Shown piece by piece: positions 1-9,352 of a DNA stretch of 64,000 nt. A model generated the notes under the pieces. That model worked only from the letters and a program-made list of their open reading frames with translations, was not told the DNA's origin and searched no databases. Position numbers and translations under genes: made by a program. Position 1 is the stretch's first letter. Every line of letters begins with the position of its first letter. This stretch comes from Myxococcales bacterium (GTDB lineage Bacteria; Myxococcota_A; UBA9042; JABWCM01; BTVJ01): assembly GCA_045863395.1 (NCBI GenBank), contig BTVJ01000008.1, positions 110,274-174,273 on the forward strand. Reading direction: 5' to 3'.

Positions 1-908
1 GCGTCCACCGCGTCGGCGATCAGCAGCGCCACCCCCACCGCCAGCGCGCCGCCCCCCACCGCATAGCCCACGTTGGCCACCGTCGCGAAGGTGTCGGCCT
101 CACCGGCGAGCCGCTCGTGCTCGCTCCGGGTGTGGTCGCGGGGCAGGAGCCCATTGGCCTCCTCGGCCCGCTGGTCCGCGAGCACACCCAAGGCTACCCC
201 CGTCGCGAGCACCGCGAGCCCCACGCCGGCCGTCGCCCAGCCCGCGGCGGCCAGGTCGCCGGATGGCGGCCCTGCGAGAGCGGGCCCGTCCGTCTGGAGC
301 ACGGGCTCGGGCGCGGGCTCCGCCGCCGGTTCGGGCTCCGGGAAGGGCTCGAGGACCTCGATGATCGCCTGGCCGTGCTCGGCGATGACCACCGGAGTCT
401 CCTTCGCCACGTACCCCGCGCGGGTCGCCCGAAGCGTCTGCGCCCCCACGGGCAGCTCCACCTCCAGCGGGCTCGTGCCCAGGGGGCGCCAGGATCCGCC
501 AGCGTCCCGCACGCCGACGTCCGCCGCAGGCTGGGTGGCGATGCGCACGAGGCGCACGCCGCGGTTCTCCCGGTCCGTCTCGCGGAGCACGCGGAGCTGG
601 AGCTCCACCACGGCCCGGTCCGGGGCCTGGGGCAGGAGCCTCAGGTAGTCTTCGTACCCCTCGATGGCGTCTCTGATGCGCCCCCCGCGCTCGCTGCACT
701 TGCCGATGTTGAAGGCGTACCGCTCGCTGGGCACCGCCGCCTGAGCCGCCCGGTACGAGGCGACGCAGTCGTCGTAGCGCCCCTCGGCAAACGCCTGACG
801 GCCGGCGCGGTCGTGCTTCTCCGCATCTTCCCGTGCGGTGGGGGGCGATCCATGCGCTTGAGGCAGGTGCGCCCAGGTCACCGCCACTGCGAGGGCAACG
901 CGCCTCAT
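1..908 (-). CDS. TPR + PEGA domain membrane protein (3' end runs off the window)
   Basis: Own translation from ATG at 908 (ATGA overlap with upstream stop): signal peptide, TPR-like 'GRQAFAEGRYDDCVASYRAA...YAFNIGKCSERGGRIRDAIEGYEDYLRL', PEGA-like 'LGTSPLEVELPVGAQTLRATRAGY', two C-terminal Gly-rich hydrophobic helices. Not in the ORF track because it is truncated. Confidence 0.8.
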   Translation of the reverse strand, partial: MRRVALAVAVTWAHLPQAHGSPPTAREDAEKHDRAGRQAFAEGRYDDCVASYRAAQAAVPSERYAFNIGKCSERGGRIRDAIEGYEDYLRLLPQAPDRAVVELQLRVLRETDRENRGVRLVRIATQPAADVGVRDAGGSWRPLGTSPLEVELPVGAQTLRATRAGYVAKETPVVIAEHGQAIIEVLEPFPEPEPAAEPAPEPVLQTDGPALAGPPSGDLAAAGWATAGVGLAVLATGVALGVLADQRAEEANGLLPRDHTRSEHERLAGEADTFATVANVGYAVGGGALAVGVALLIADAVD

Positions 909-1957
909 GGACCGTCCACCTTCAGCAGGAAGTGCTGCTTGTTGCACGTGTCCACCGAGAAGTCCACCGTGCCAGCACCCTGTGTCCAGGCCCCCTTGCT
1001 GTCCAGCCCACCCTGGAGGCCGGGCAGCTCCGTCACCTTGCCCCCGACGTCCACGCTCACCTTGCTCAGCGTCCCGCTGACGGCCTTGGGGAGCAGGCAC
1101 GGGACCTGCTCCTGGACATTGAAGGCGCCGAAGCGTGCCAGCCAGCGGCTCTCCGTCGTGGTGTCCCAGTCGATGCTCGCCCCGCCGTCGGCCTTGGCCA
1201 CGAGCTTCACCGCCACGAGCGCAGTCGGGTCCGCGGGGGTAGCCTGGGCGCTGACGTCGAGCTGCACTGCAGCACTCTTTGCCGCGGTGATGCTGCCAGA
1301 CGCGGCGAGGCTCTGGCCGCCCCGGGTCACTCGCCCCTGGAGGAGCAGCGAATCGTTCTGCCCGGTCACACGCAGAAACACCGCGTTGTCGCAGGCCGCC
1401 ACCTCGGTGAGCACACCGCCCGACACCGCTTGGACCGGGTTGGGGCAGAGCCCCAGGTCGACGAAGGCGCCGTTGGCGGCGGTGACGGTGCTCAGCTTCA
1501 GACTCCAGTGGATGGGCAGGGGGGCGGGGCCTGCATCGACGTCCCCAGAGCCCGCGTCCTGGGCGCCCGCGTCCTGGGCCCCCGCGTCCTGGGTGGAGTC
1601 ACCCGCGTCGGGGCCAGCGTCCCCGCCCCCAGCGTCCTCGAGGACTCCGACATCCAGGGCACCTGCGTCCGGCACACCGCCGTCGTGTCCCGGATCACCG
1701 AGGTCTCCTCCCACGGCGTCCGCGAGCGCCAAGTCGTCTCCCACGTCTACGGCCGCCCCGTCTCCCACGGCATCCGTGGCACCGGCCGCCCCGTCTGGTC
1801 CACCCGCGAGCCCGTCGCCGAGGACGTCGCCTGCCACGCACGTCCCCGAAACGCACCGCTCCCCGACGAAGCACTCCGCGTCCGATGCGCAGCGGTCGCG
1901 GGGAGCGATCTCAGGGACGCAGGCAGCGCAGGCGAGCAGGGGCAGCAGGAGGCGCAT
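905..1957 (-). CDS. Putative lipoprotein with N-terminal Cys-rich (EB-like) module and Asp/Ala/Gly linker
   Basis: MRLLLPLLACAAC lipobox-like start; 'RCASDAECFVGERCVSGTC'; QDAGA tandem repeats; unknown C-terminal beta-rich domain. Confidence 0.7.
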   Translation of the reverse strand: MRLLLPLLACAACVPEIAPRDRCASDAECFVGERCVSGTCVAGDVLGDGLAGGPDGAAGATDAVGDGAAVDVGDDLALADAVGGDLGDPGHDGGVPDAGALDVGVLEDAGGGDAGPDAGDSTQDAGAQDAGAQDAGSGDVDAGPAPLPIHWSLKLSTVTAANGAFVDLGLCPNPVQAVSGGVLTEVAACDNAVFLRVTGQNDSLLLQGRVTRGGQSLAASGSITAAKSAAVQLDVSAQATPADPTALVAVKLVAKADGGASIDWDTTTESRWLARFGAFNVQEQVPCLLPKAVSGTLSKVSVDVGGKVTELPGLQGGLDSKGAWTQGAGTVDFSVDTCNKQHFLLKVDGP

Positions 1958-2013
1958 GGTCTCCCTATACCGGGCCGCGGACGGGGAGCGCAAGGGCGCG
2001 CCCTCGTCGCCCA

Positions 2014-3909
2014 CTACTTCAGCTCGGAGGGATCGTTGACGAGGCGACCTGCCTCAGGCGACTGCTCGCGGGCGCCGACCTGGGGAAGAATGCGCTGGAG
2101 CACCACGTGGGCCTCGCGCTCCCGCTCGAAGGTCACGTCCAGATCGACTGCCGTGTGGCCGGCGAGCGTGACCCTCACCCGGCGGGGCGGCGCCGAGGGG
2201 CTCGCCGTGAGCGGGTGCGGCGTCTTGCCGAGGACGCGCCGGTCCTTGCCGCGCCCCTCGCTGACCGTGGCGCCGGTGGGCGACGACGCGATGGTCACGG
2301 TCACCTCTGCCGCGGCGGGCGCCTCGACGGGTACTTCGCCCGGCGGTGCCACCGCGGGACCGCCCGTGGGCAGCGCGGGACCGCTAGGGGGAAACGCGGC
2401 CGCTGCCGTGTCGGCAACCGCCAGGGACTCCCCCGCCGGGACCGCCGCGACCATCCGGGGCGCCTCCTGGGACGCCGCCTCAGCGACTGGCTGCGCTTCG
2501 CCCTCCCGACGACGCTCCGCCTGCCCCTGGGCCTCTCCGCCCGCCGCGAACCCCACTGGCCTCTCCCGTCCTCCCTCGGAGGCTGGTAGCGCCGCGAGGA
2601 CCGCCGCGCTCACGACGACGACCCCGACGACCGCGGCCGCCAGCAGCCTCCAGGGGCCGCCGCGCGTCGCCGCAGGCTCCGAGGCGACCTCTGGTCGCGC
2701 GACGGTCTCTGCGTCCGCGCTCCCCGGCACCCGGCCCCGGAGAACGGCCGTGGGTGCGTCTGCGCCGCCTGCGGCCACAGCGGGCATGGCAGGCAGGCCG
2801 CGTGTCTCCTCGGACATCGGGGCGCGGACGGTGGTCATGCCGTCGACGGGGCGATGAACCGTAGGGCTCGGGCGCGCCTGTCCCCCCGAGGATGGCGCGC
2901 CCGCAGCCCGGACGTGGCCCTCGCCCTCGGCCAGATCCAGCTCGGCGATGACCGCTGCCGCCGTAGGGGGGCGGTCCTCGCGGCTGCGCGCCATCATGCG
3001 CTGCACCAGGTGGTCGAGCAGCGGAGTGACGTCGGGCGGGATGCTCCTCCGCGTCACCGGGGCGATGCTCGGGGCGTCGTCGCTGACCCCCGTCTCCAGC
3101 AGCGACGGTGGGTCCTTCTCGAGGCGCGCCATCAGCATGTCGATGGTGCTCGGCCCGGCGAAGGGCAGCCTGCCGCTGAGCATCTCGAAGAGCATGACCC
3201 CCAGGGAGTAGATGTCCGCCCGGGCGTCGAAGGGCTGCCCGCGGGTCTGCTCCGGGCTCATGTAGCACGGTGTGCCGATGACGGTGCCCGTCGCGGTGAC
3301 CCGACCGCCATCCTCCGGGTTCAGGAAGCGCGCGATGCCGAAGTCGAGCACCTTGACGAAGTCCCTCCGCCCGCCAACGGCACAGAGCGCGATGTTCTCT
3401 GGCTTCAGGTCACGGTGCACGATGCCCTTGCCGTGGGCCTCGACCAGCGCCTCGCAGATCTGGCGCGCGATGGCGCAGGCGCGCTGCTGCGGGAGCGGCG
3501 CGTCCACCGCGAGCACCTGGGCGAGGCTCCGCCCGTCGACCAGCTCCATGGCCAGCCAGAGGAGGCCGTCGCCGGTCTGCCCGAAGTCGTAGGCGGTGAC
3601 CACGTGCGGGTGGTTGAGGCGCGTGGCGGCCCGGGCCTCGCGCAGGAACCGCCGGACGCTCTCCTCGTCACGGACCAGGTGCCGGCGCAGCACCTTGAGG
3701 GCCACGGGCCGGTCCACGGAGAGCTGCGTTGCCCGGTAGACGGTGCCCATGGCCCCCTCGCCGAGGACGCGGCCGACGCGGAAGCGCCCGTCCACCACGT
3801 GGCCCTCCAGGCTCTCCGGCGGGGGCGCGGCGACCAGGCGAGCCCCGTCCGCGGTGCAGTGGAGCACCTCATCTCCGTACTCTGCGCCACATGCCTTGCA
3901 CAGCTTCAT
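2014..3909 (-). CDS. Ser/Thr protein kinase with one TM helix and C-terminal PEGA-like domain
   Basis: GEGAMG, VALK, HRDLKPEN, DFG and YMSPE motifs intact; TM 'LLAAAVVGVVVVSAAVLAAL'; 'IASSPTGATV...LGKTP' PEGA-like; start MKLCKAC at 3909. Confidence 0.93.
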   Translation of the reverse strand: MKLCKACGAEYGDEVLHCTADGARLVAAPPPESLEGHVVDGRFRVGRVLGEGAMGTVYRATQLSVDRPVALKVLRRHLVRDEESVRRFLREARAATRLNHPHVVTAYDFGQTGDGLLWLAMELVDGRSLAQVLAVDAPLPQQRACAIARQICEALVEAHGKGIVHRDLKPENIALCAVGGRRDFVKVLDFGIARFLNPEDGGRVTATGTVIGTPCYMSPEQTRGQPFDARADIYSLGVMLFEMLSGRLPFAGPSTIDMLMARLEKDPPSLLETGVSDDAPSIAPVTRRSIPPDVTPLLDHLVQRMMARSREDRPPTAAAVIAELDLAEGEGHVRAAGAPSSGGQARPSPTVHRPVDGMTTVRAPMSEETRGLPAMPAVAAGGADAPTAVLRGRVPGSADAETVARPEVASEPAATRGGPWRLLAAAVVGVVVVSAAVLAALPASEGGRERPVGFAAGGEAQGQAERRREGEAQPVAEAASQEAPRMVAAVPAGESLAVADTAAAAFPPSGPALPTGGPAVAPPGEVPVEAPAAAEVTVTIASSPTGATVSEGRGKDRRVLGKTPHPLTASPSAPPRRVRVTLAGHTAVDLDVTFEREREAHVVLQRILPQVGAREQSPEAGRLVNDPSELK

Positions 3910-3970
3910 CGGGTCGAAGTCTAGCGGCGCGGCGCCCGCGCGTCGAGGCACCGCCAGTGTGTCCCGGCCC

Positions 3971-4690
3971 TTACGCGCCGACCGTCCGCAGGTACTCGTC
4001 CTCCAGGGAGCGCCCGGCCGCGCGCAGGGAGGCCAGCTCGTCGGCCGGGATGGACCGCACCACCGCCCCTCCGTGGAGCAGAACGACCCGGGTGCAGATG
4101 CGCTCCATCATGTCGAGGATGTGGCTGGTGAGCAGCACCGCCGTGCCCTCGCGGACCAGGTCGGCGAGCAGCGAGCGGGCGCGTGCCGTGGACTGGGGGT
4201 CGAGGCCGTTGAGGCTCTCGTCGAGGACCAGCACCTTCGGCTGGCCGATGACCGCCGCCGCGATGGCGAGCTTCTGGCTCATGCCCTCGCTGTACTCGCG
4301 GCACAGCCGGTCGCGCGCGCCGGTGAGCTCGAACAAGCCAAGGAGCCGCTCGGCGCGGGCGGCGGCCTCCCCGGCATCGAGGCCACGCACGCGGGCGACG
4401 AAGCGCAGGTGCTCCTCGCCGGTCAGGAACGGGTAGAGCGCCGCGTCCTGGGGTACGTAGCCCAGGTGCCGCTTGGCCTCCAGCGGGGCCGTGAGCACCG
4501 AGTGGCCCGCGACGAGGGCGTCGCCGCTGTCCGGGTGCTCCAGGCCGCCGATGACGCGCAGGGTGGTGCTCTTGCCGGCGCCGTTGGGGCCGATGAGGCC
4601 GACCAGCTCTCCAGGGGCCACGGTGAAGGACACATCGCGCACGGCGGCCACGTCGCGGTAGGTCTTGGAGAGGGCGCGGACCTCGAGCAT
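3971..4690 (-). CDS. ABC transporter ATP-binding protein
   Basis: Walker A GPNGAGKST, signature-like YSEGM, Walker B VLVLDE, H-loop TSH. Confidence 0.93.
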   Translation of the reverse strand: MLEVRALSKTYRDVAAVRDVSFTVAPGELVGLIGPNGAGKSTTLRVIGGLEHPDSGDALVAGHSVLTAPLEAKRHLGYVPQDAALYPFLTGEEHLRFVARVRGLDAGEAAARAERLLGLFELTGARDRLCREYSEGMSQKLAIAAAVIGQPKVLVLDESLNGLDPQSTARARSLLADLVREGTAVLLTSHILDMMERICTRVVLLHGGAVVRSIPADELASLRAAGRSLEDEYLRTVGA

Positions 4691-4698
4691 GGGGAACC

Positions 4699-6060
4699 TC
4701 AGAGCGGTGGGAGCAGGGCGATGGCGGTGGCCGCGGCTCCGAGCGCCCCGAGGCGCACGGTCCAGGCCACGGGCCGCACGGCGGGGAAGGCCGCGAGCCC
4801 CCACCGCACGGAGAGGGCGCCGAGCGCGAGGGCCACAGGGGCGCCGACGAGGGCTGCGAGGGCGGCCCCACCGAGCCCGTCGGGGCCGAGGAGGCCCGCC
4901 GCTGCCGCGAGCCCGAGGGCCGGCGCCTGGAGCACGGCCACGGCCAGCAGGCGCGCGCGTGCGATCTCCCCCGCGGCGACGGGCAGCGAGCGCCCTGCGG
5001 ACGGGGGCTCCAGCTCGGGCCCCAGCAGCCGGAAAGCGGGGTTGAACAGGGCGCCACCGACGGCGACGAGGAGCGCGCCCCACTCCCAGCCCGCGCCGCG
5101 GGCGTGGAGCAGTGCGCAGGCGCTGGCGAAGAGCACGAGGGCGACCCCGTCGACCCGGTGGCGGCGGCTCAACTGCACGACATCCTTCGTGAACACCTCG
5201 CGGGCGCTCCCCTCGAGGAGGCGCGCGGCCCAGAGCCCCCGCACGTGAGAGGGCAAGTGCTCCTCCCGCCAGGGCGGCACGATCTCCGCCTGCCAGAAGC
5301 GCGGGAGGATGGATGCATAAGACGCGGCGAAGGAGACCAGCGCCGAACGGATCGCGGCCGCAGCAGCGACCAGCGCGACGGCACCGGCGAGCAGCAGCGG
5401 CTTTGGGTTGCCCACCTGGAGCGAGGCGCGCGCGGCCAGATCGAGGACCACGGTGGCGACCAGGGTCGCGGCGAGGGCCAGCGCCGGAGAGTAGAAGAAC
5501 CAGGCAGCCTCGGACGGCCCCAGGCCGCCGGCGAGCCGCCGCTTGACGTCCGAGTCGCCGGACAGCATGGCGGCGCCGGCCAGCAGGTGCGCAAGCAGGG
5601 CGAAGGGCACGGCCACGGCGGAGGTCAGCGCGACGACGGCGGCCGCGGCGAGGCCCAGCGGGGCGGCGCGCAGTGACAAGGGGGCGACCACGAGCAGGGC
5701 GACGGCGAGCAGCGGCAGGTGGAGCAGCGCGACGCGGACCGCGGTGTAGCGAGCCCAGGCGCGGGGCTCCACCGGCAGCGGCGCGAGCACTCGCGCCTCG
5801 TCGGTGCGGAACAGCGCCTCGAGGACCGTGTAGGACGTGATCATCGCGAGGGCCACGGCCAGCCAGAAGCCGAGCTCGCGGGCTGCCCCCGCCTGGTCCG
5901 AGGCCTCCAACACGGCGTCGGCCAAGCCACCGCCCGCCAGCAGGAGCCCGGCCGCCGCGCCGAGCCCGACCGCGCCGACGGTCAGCCGCGCGGCGACGGG
6001 TTGGCGGGACAGGCGGTTTCTCGCCATGCGGGCGCGGTTCTCTGCGAGCAGCCTATCCAT
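4699..6060 (-). CDS. Multi-pass membrane protein, probable ABC exporter permease
   Basis: About 10-12 hydrophobic helices; directly upstream of the ABC ATPase. Confidence 0.7.
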   Translation of the reverse strand: MDRLLAENRARMARNRLSRQPVAARLTVGAVGLGAAAGLLLAGGGLADAVLEASDQAGAARELGFWLAVALAMITSYTVLEALFRTDEARVLAPLPVEPRAWARYTAVRVALLHLPLLAVALLVVAPLSLRAAPLGLAAAAVVALTSAVAVPFALLAHLLAGAAMLSGDSDVKRRLAGGLGPSEAAWFFYSPALALAATLVATVVLDLAARASLQVGNPKPLLLAGAVALVAAAAAIRSALVSFAASYASILPRFWQAEIVPPWREEHLPSHVRGLWAARLLEGSAREVFTKDVVQLSRRHRVDGVALVLFASACALLHARGAGWEWGALLVAVGGALFNPAFRLLGPELEPPSAGRSLPVAAGEIARARLLAVAVLQAPALGLAAAAGLLGPDGLGGAALAALVGAPVALALGALSVRWGLAAFPAVRPVAWTVRLGALGAAATAIALLPPL

Positions 6061-6066
6061 GGTCAG

Positions 6067-6519
6067 TCAGCGCGGCTTCCGAAAGGTGAGCAGGTTGTTG
6101 AGCACGAAGTTGAACACCGTGCCGAGCGCGATGCCCGTCAGGTTCGCCACCCAGGGCTCGGCGGCCCCGAGCGCGAGGATCACGTTGCCCGCCCCCGCCT
6201 GCACCGCGTATCCGCCGAGGCTCACGGCGTAGTAGGTGCCGAGGCGCTGCCAGAAGTGGGCGCGGCCGCGCTTCTCGCGGTCCCCCCAGGTCCACAGGTC
6301 GTTGAGGAGGAAGTTGCCGAAGCAGCTCACGGCAAAGCCCGCCGCCTGCGCGACGTTGAAGCGCAGCGCGTCGGGGAGCGTGGCGGCCAGGGCAAAGATG
6401 GCGAGGAACACGGCCATGTTGGACGCCACGCCCGTGCCGCCGACCACGCAGAACTTGAGGAAGCGCACGCGCTCGGCCCCGAGCAGCGCCTCCAGGCGGG
6501 CCTCGATGCGTCTGATCAC
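6067..6519 (-). CDS. GtrA family protein
   Basis: 'RFLKFCVVGGTG...NFLLNDLWTW...VFNFVLNNLLTF', four TM helices. Confidence 0.88.
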   Translation of the reverse strand: MIRRIEARLEALLGAERVRFLKFCVVGGTGVASNMAVFLAIFALAATLPDALRFNVAQAAGFAVSCFGNFLLNDLWTWGDREKRGRAHFWQRLGTYYAVSLGGYAVQAGAGNVILALGAAEPWVANLTGIALGTVFNFVLNNLLTFRKPR

Positions 6520-7409
6520 GGCTCCTCCCGAGGGCCGCCGCCCGTGAACAGCCGCACGCGCTCGAGCAGGGACACCGGCAGCCGCTCCGCGATCAGGGCG
6601 CGCACCTCGGCAGAGTCATAGAGCTGGCTGAAGTGCACGAGCACGACCACCTCGTTCTCGAACGCCTCGGCGCGTGAGGCGAGGTCGTCCACGTGGATGT
6701 GCCCCCCTGCCCGCACGGCCTCGCGGGGCTTGCGATCATCGACGAAGGTGCACTCGATGAGGAGCACCCGGCACGTCCGGACCAGGGGCTCCCTGTCGAT
6801 GAGCTCCGGGAGGGTGTCGCCTGTGTACGCGATCAGCGGCTCGTCCACCACCTCGAAGAGGTCGTGGGCGCCGTCGGCCCGCAGCCGGGCGATCTCGAGC
6901 CCCGGCAGCCCAAGCCACGGGGCCCGGAGCTTCTGCTTGCGCCGCACCACCACGTAGCCCAGGGTCGGGATCACGTGGGCGCTCTTGAACGGGACCACGT
7001 GCAGGCCCCGCCGGAGGGGGATCTCCTCATGGGGGCGCGCGTCCACCAGGCGCACGTCGAAGGCCCTGCCCTGGAGGCGCCCCCACACATCCACGAGCCC
7101 GCGGACCTCGTCGCCGATCCATGCGGGCACCACCAGCGTCGCCGTCGGCATGCGATAGAGCATTCGCATTCCGAGCCATGCGTGCAGCGACCCCATGTGG
7201 TCCGGGTGGGCGTGGGTCAGGAGCAGGGTCTTTGCCGTGACCGTCGTGTGGGGGCACGCGCCCACGTCCCACGCGACCCCCAGCTCCGGGACTGCAATGC
7301 TCGTCGCGATACCGCCCGTGCACACACCGGTGATCGTCAGCCCTCCGACCGTGAGGGTGGCCCCATGCCGATTGCTGGTCTCCGTGGTCGACGCGCGCGG
7401 GCTGCTCAT
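6516..7409 (-). CDS. MBL-fold metallo-hydrolase, short tRNase Z-like
   Basis: THAHPDH metal motif, 'AHVIPTLGY', 'KQKL...LPGLEI' flexible arm, YTGDT, IECTF, HFS. Confidence 0.78.
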   Translation of the reverse strand: MSSPRASTTETSNRHGATLTVGGLTITGVCTGGIATSIAVPELGVAWDVGACPHTTVTAKTLLLTHAHPDHMGSLHAWLGMRMLYRMPTATLVVPAWIGDEVRGLVDVWGRLQGRAFDVRLVDARPHEEIPLRRGLHVVPFKSAHVIPTLGYVVVRRKQKLRAPWLGLPGLEIARLRADGAHDLFEVVDEPLIAYTGDTLPELIDREPLVRTCRVLLIECTFVDDRKPREAVRAGGHIHVDDLASRAEAFENEVVVLVHFSQLYDSAEVRALIAERLPVSLLERVRLFTGGGPREEP

Positions 7410-8254
7410 CGGCGCCCCAGGTCCCGGAGGAGCTGGCGCGCCTCCTGGCGGTAGGGGCGGGCGATCAGCCGCCACTCGCCCTCCGCCGGGGCCGCCAGCA
7501 CGTGCCTGAGCTGCGCGGTGGCCTCTCGTCGTCGCCCCACCTTGGCGTAGGCCTGCCCGAGGAACAGGTGGTTGAGCGGATTGGTCGGGTGCTTGCGCAC
7601 GGCGGCCTCCAGGAGCTCCAGCCCCTCGTCCACGTCTCCGACGCCGGCAGGCCAGCTCGGCGCCTTGACGAGCAGGGCCCCGAGGATCCGGAGCCCGCCG
7701 CCCTCCATGAAGTCGGGGTGCGTCTCCGCGAGGTGCCTGGCGGGCTTCTCCACGGCCTCCTGCGTTGCTCGCCCCGGGGCGAGCTGGTGCATGGCGTTGA
7801 GCCCCGCAGAGGCGGCGGCCCAATAGTGGCCCTCGGGGCGCTCGGGGGTCACCGCGATGGCCCGCTCCGCCAGCTCCTCGGCCTGGCGGGCCATGCGGCG
7901 GGCCAGGTCGGAGTTGCTCGCGATGGTCTCGGCCAGCAGCGTGAAGCCGCGAGCGGCGCGCCAGAGCACCTCGAAGTCGTCCGGTGCGAGCTCCAGGGCC
8001 CTCTCCATGGCGGCGGCGGCCCTCCCGAGGACGCGGACGGATCGGCTCCGCTCTACGCCGCGGTCCGCCATGGCGATCAGCTCCGGCACGTTCGACGGCA
8101 GTCGCTCCCGCTCCAGATGGAGGCGCGGTCCCCGGGGCATCAGGGAGCAGCCGGCGAGGGCGACCCCGAGCACCGCGGCCACACCGATCCACCAGGCGCC
8201 GTCGCGTCGACGCGCGCCGACTGCCACTCCCGACGGGCGCTCATGGGTGCTCAT
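7406..8254 (-). CDS. TPR-containing lipoprotein
   Basis: Lipobox LAGC; TPR-like helices 'ERALELAPDDFEVLWRAAR', 'PERPEGHYWAA', 'NPLNHLFLGQAY'. Confidence 0.72.
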   Translation of the reverse strand: MSTHERPSGVAVGARRRDGAWWIGVAAVLGVALAGCSLMPRGPRLHLERERLPSNVPELIAMADRGVERSRSVRVLGRAAAAMERALELAPDDFEVLWRAARGFTLLAETIASNSDLARRMARQAEELAERAIAVTPERPEGHYWAAASAGLNAMHQLAPGRATQEAVEKPARHLAETHPDFMEGGGLRILGALLVKAPSWPAGVGDVDEGLELLEAAVRKHPTNPLNHLFLGQAYAKVGRRREATAQLRHVLAAPAEGEWRLIARPYRQEARQLLRDLGRR

Positions 8255-8395
8255 CGCGGCGCATTGTACCGTGGAGGGGGGGCAATGCAACTTGACGGGC
8301 AGGCCCGTCGCGACGTGCCCCGCGACCCGGCCGGGAGGCTCGGGGCAATGCCCGGCGCCTGGACCACCGCGCCCATCCGGGCTACCCTGGCGCGC

Positions 8396-9352
8396 ATGTG
8401 CTCCCCCGAGGCCCGCACCGCCCTGGTCAAGTCCCTCGCGCTGGAGGCGGGCTTCAGCCGCGTGGGCATCGCCCCCGTGGGGCCGCTGGCGGCGGGGCCT
8501 CGTTTCGTGGAGTGGCTCCGCCGGGGCTACCAGGGTGAGATGGACTACATGGAGCGAGAGCCGGAGCGCCGCGCGGACCCTCGGGGAGCGCGAGGCTGGG
8601 CGCGCAGCGCCATCGCCCTGGCCCTGGACTACCATACGGATCACCCGCTCAGCGTCGACGTCCCCGACGATCGGGACCGGGGCTGGATCTCGCGCTACGC
8701 GTGGGGTCGCGACTACCACTACGTGGCCTTGAAGCGCCTCCGGGCCCTGGAGTCCACCCTCAACGCCCACGCAGAGACCCGCGGTCGCCACCACTGGTAC
8801 GTGGACACGGGGCCGCTCCTGGAGAAACCCCTCGCCGCGCTGGCGGGACTGGGCTGGCAGGGCAAGAACACGCTGCTGATTCACCCCAAGGCGGGGAGCT
8901 GGTTCTTCCTGGCCTTCCTGCTGTCGGACCTCGAGCTGGTGCCCGACGCACCCATGCCGGACCTGTGTGGTACATGCACGCGGTGCCTCGACGCCTGCCC
9001 GACGGCGGCCTTCCCGGAGCCGGGAGTGCTCGACGCGCGCCGCTGCATCAGCTACCTGACCATCGAGCAGGAGGGGGACATCCCCGCCGAACACCGGGGC
9101 GGGGTAGGGCGGCACGTCTTCGGGTGCGACATCTGCCAGGACGTGTGCCCGTGGAACCGCAAGGCCCCCACGGTGGACGAGCCGGACTTCGAGCCGCGCC
9201 CGGGGATGTTCCACCCGCGCCTCGACGCGCTCCTGGCGCTGGACGAGGAGGGCTTCCGCGACGCCTTCACCCGGTCGCCGGTCAAGCGCCGCAAGGCCGC
9301 AGGCCTGCGTATGAGCGTGGCCTCGGCCATGCGCCGGAGCGAGCATGGCTGA
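8396..9352 (+). CDS. queG: tRNA epoxyqueuosine(34) reductase
   Basis: 'ISRYAWGRDYH', 'VDTGPLLEK', 'GWQGKNT', CGTCTRCLDACP, 'RRCISYLTIE', GCDICQDVCPWN. Confidence 0.96.
   Translation: MCSPEARTALVKSLALEAGFSRVGIAPVGPLAAGPRFVEWLRRGYQGEMDYMEREPERRADPRGARGWARSAIALALDYHTDHPLSVDVPDDRDRGWISRYAWGRDYHYVALKRLRALESTLNAHAETRGRHHWYVDTGPLLEKPLAALAGLGWQGKNTLLIHPKAGSWFFLAFLLSDLELVPDAPMPDLCGTCTRCLDACPTAAFPEPGVLDARRCISYLTIEQEGDIPAEHRGGVGRHVFGCDICQDVCPWNRKAPTVDEPDFEPRPGMFHPRLDALLALDEEGFRDAFTRSPVKRRKAAGLRMSVASAMRRSEHG

Noticed and set aside
1550..1595. 15-nt tandem repeats here and 30-nt repeats at about 51750-51800
   Set aside because: In-frame low-complexity linkers (QDAGA, GGTDVAAPP) common in these lipoproteins.
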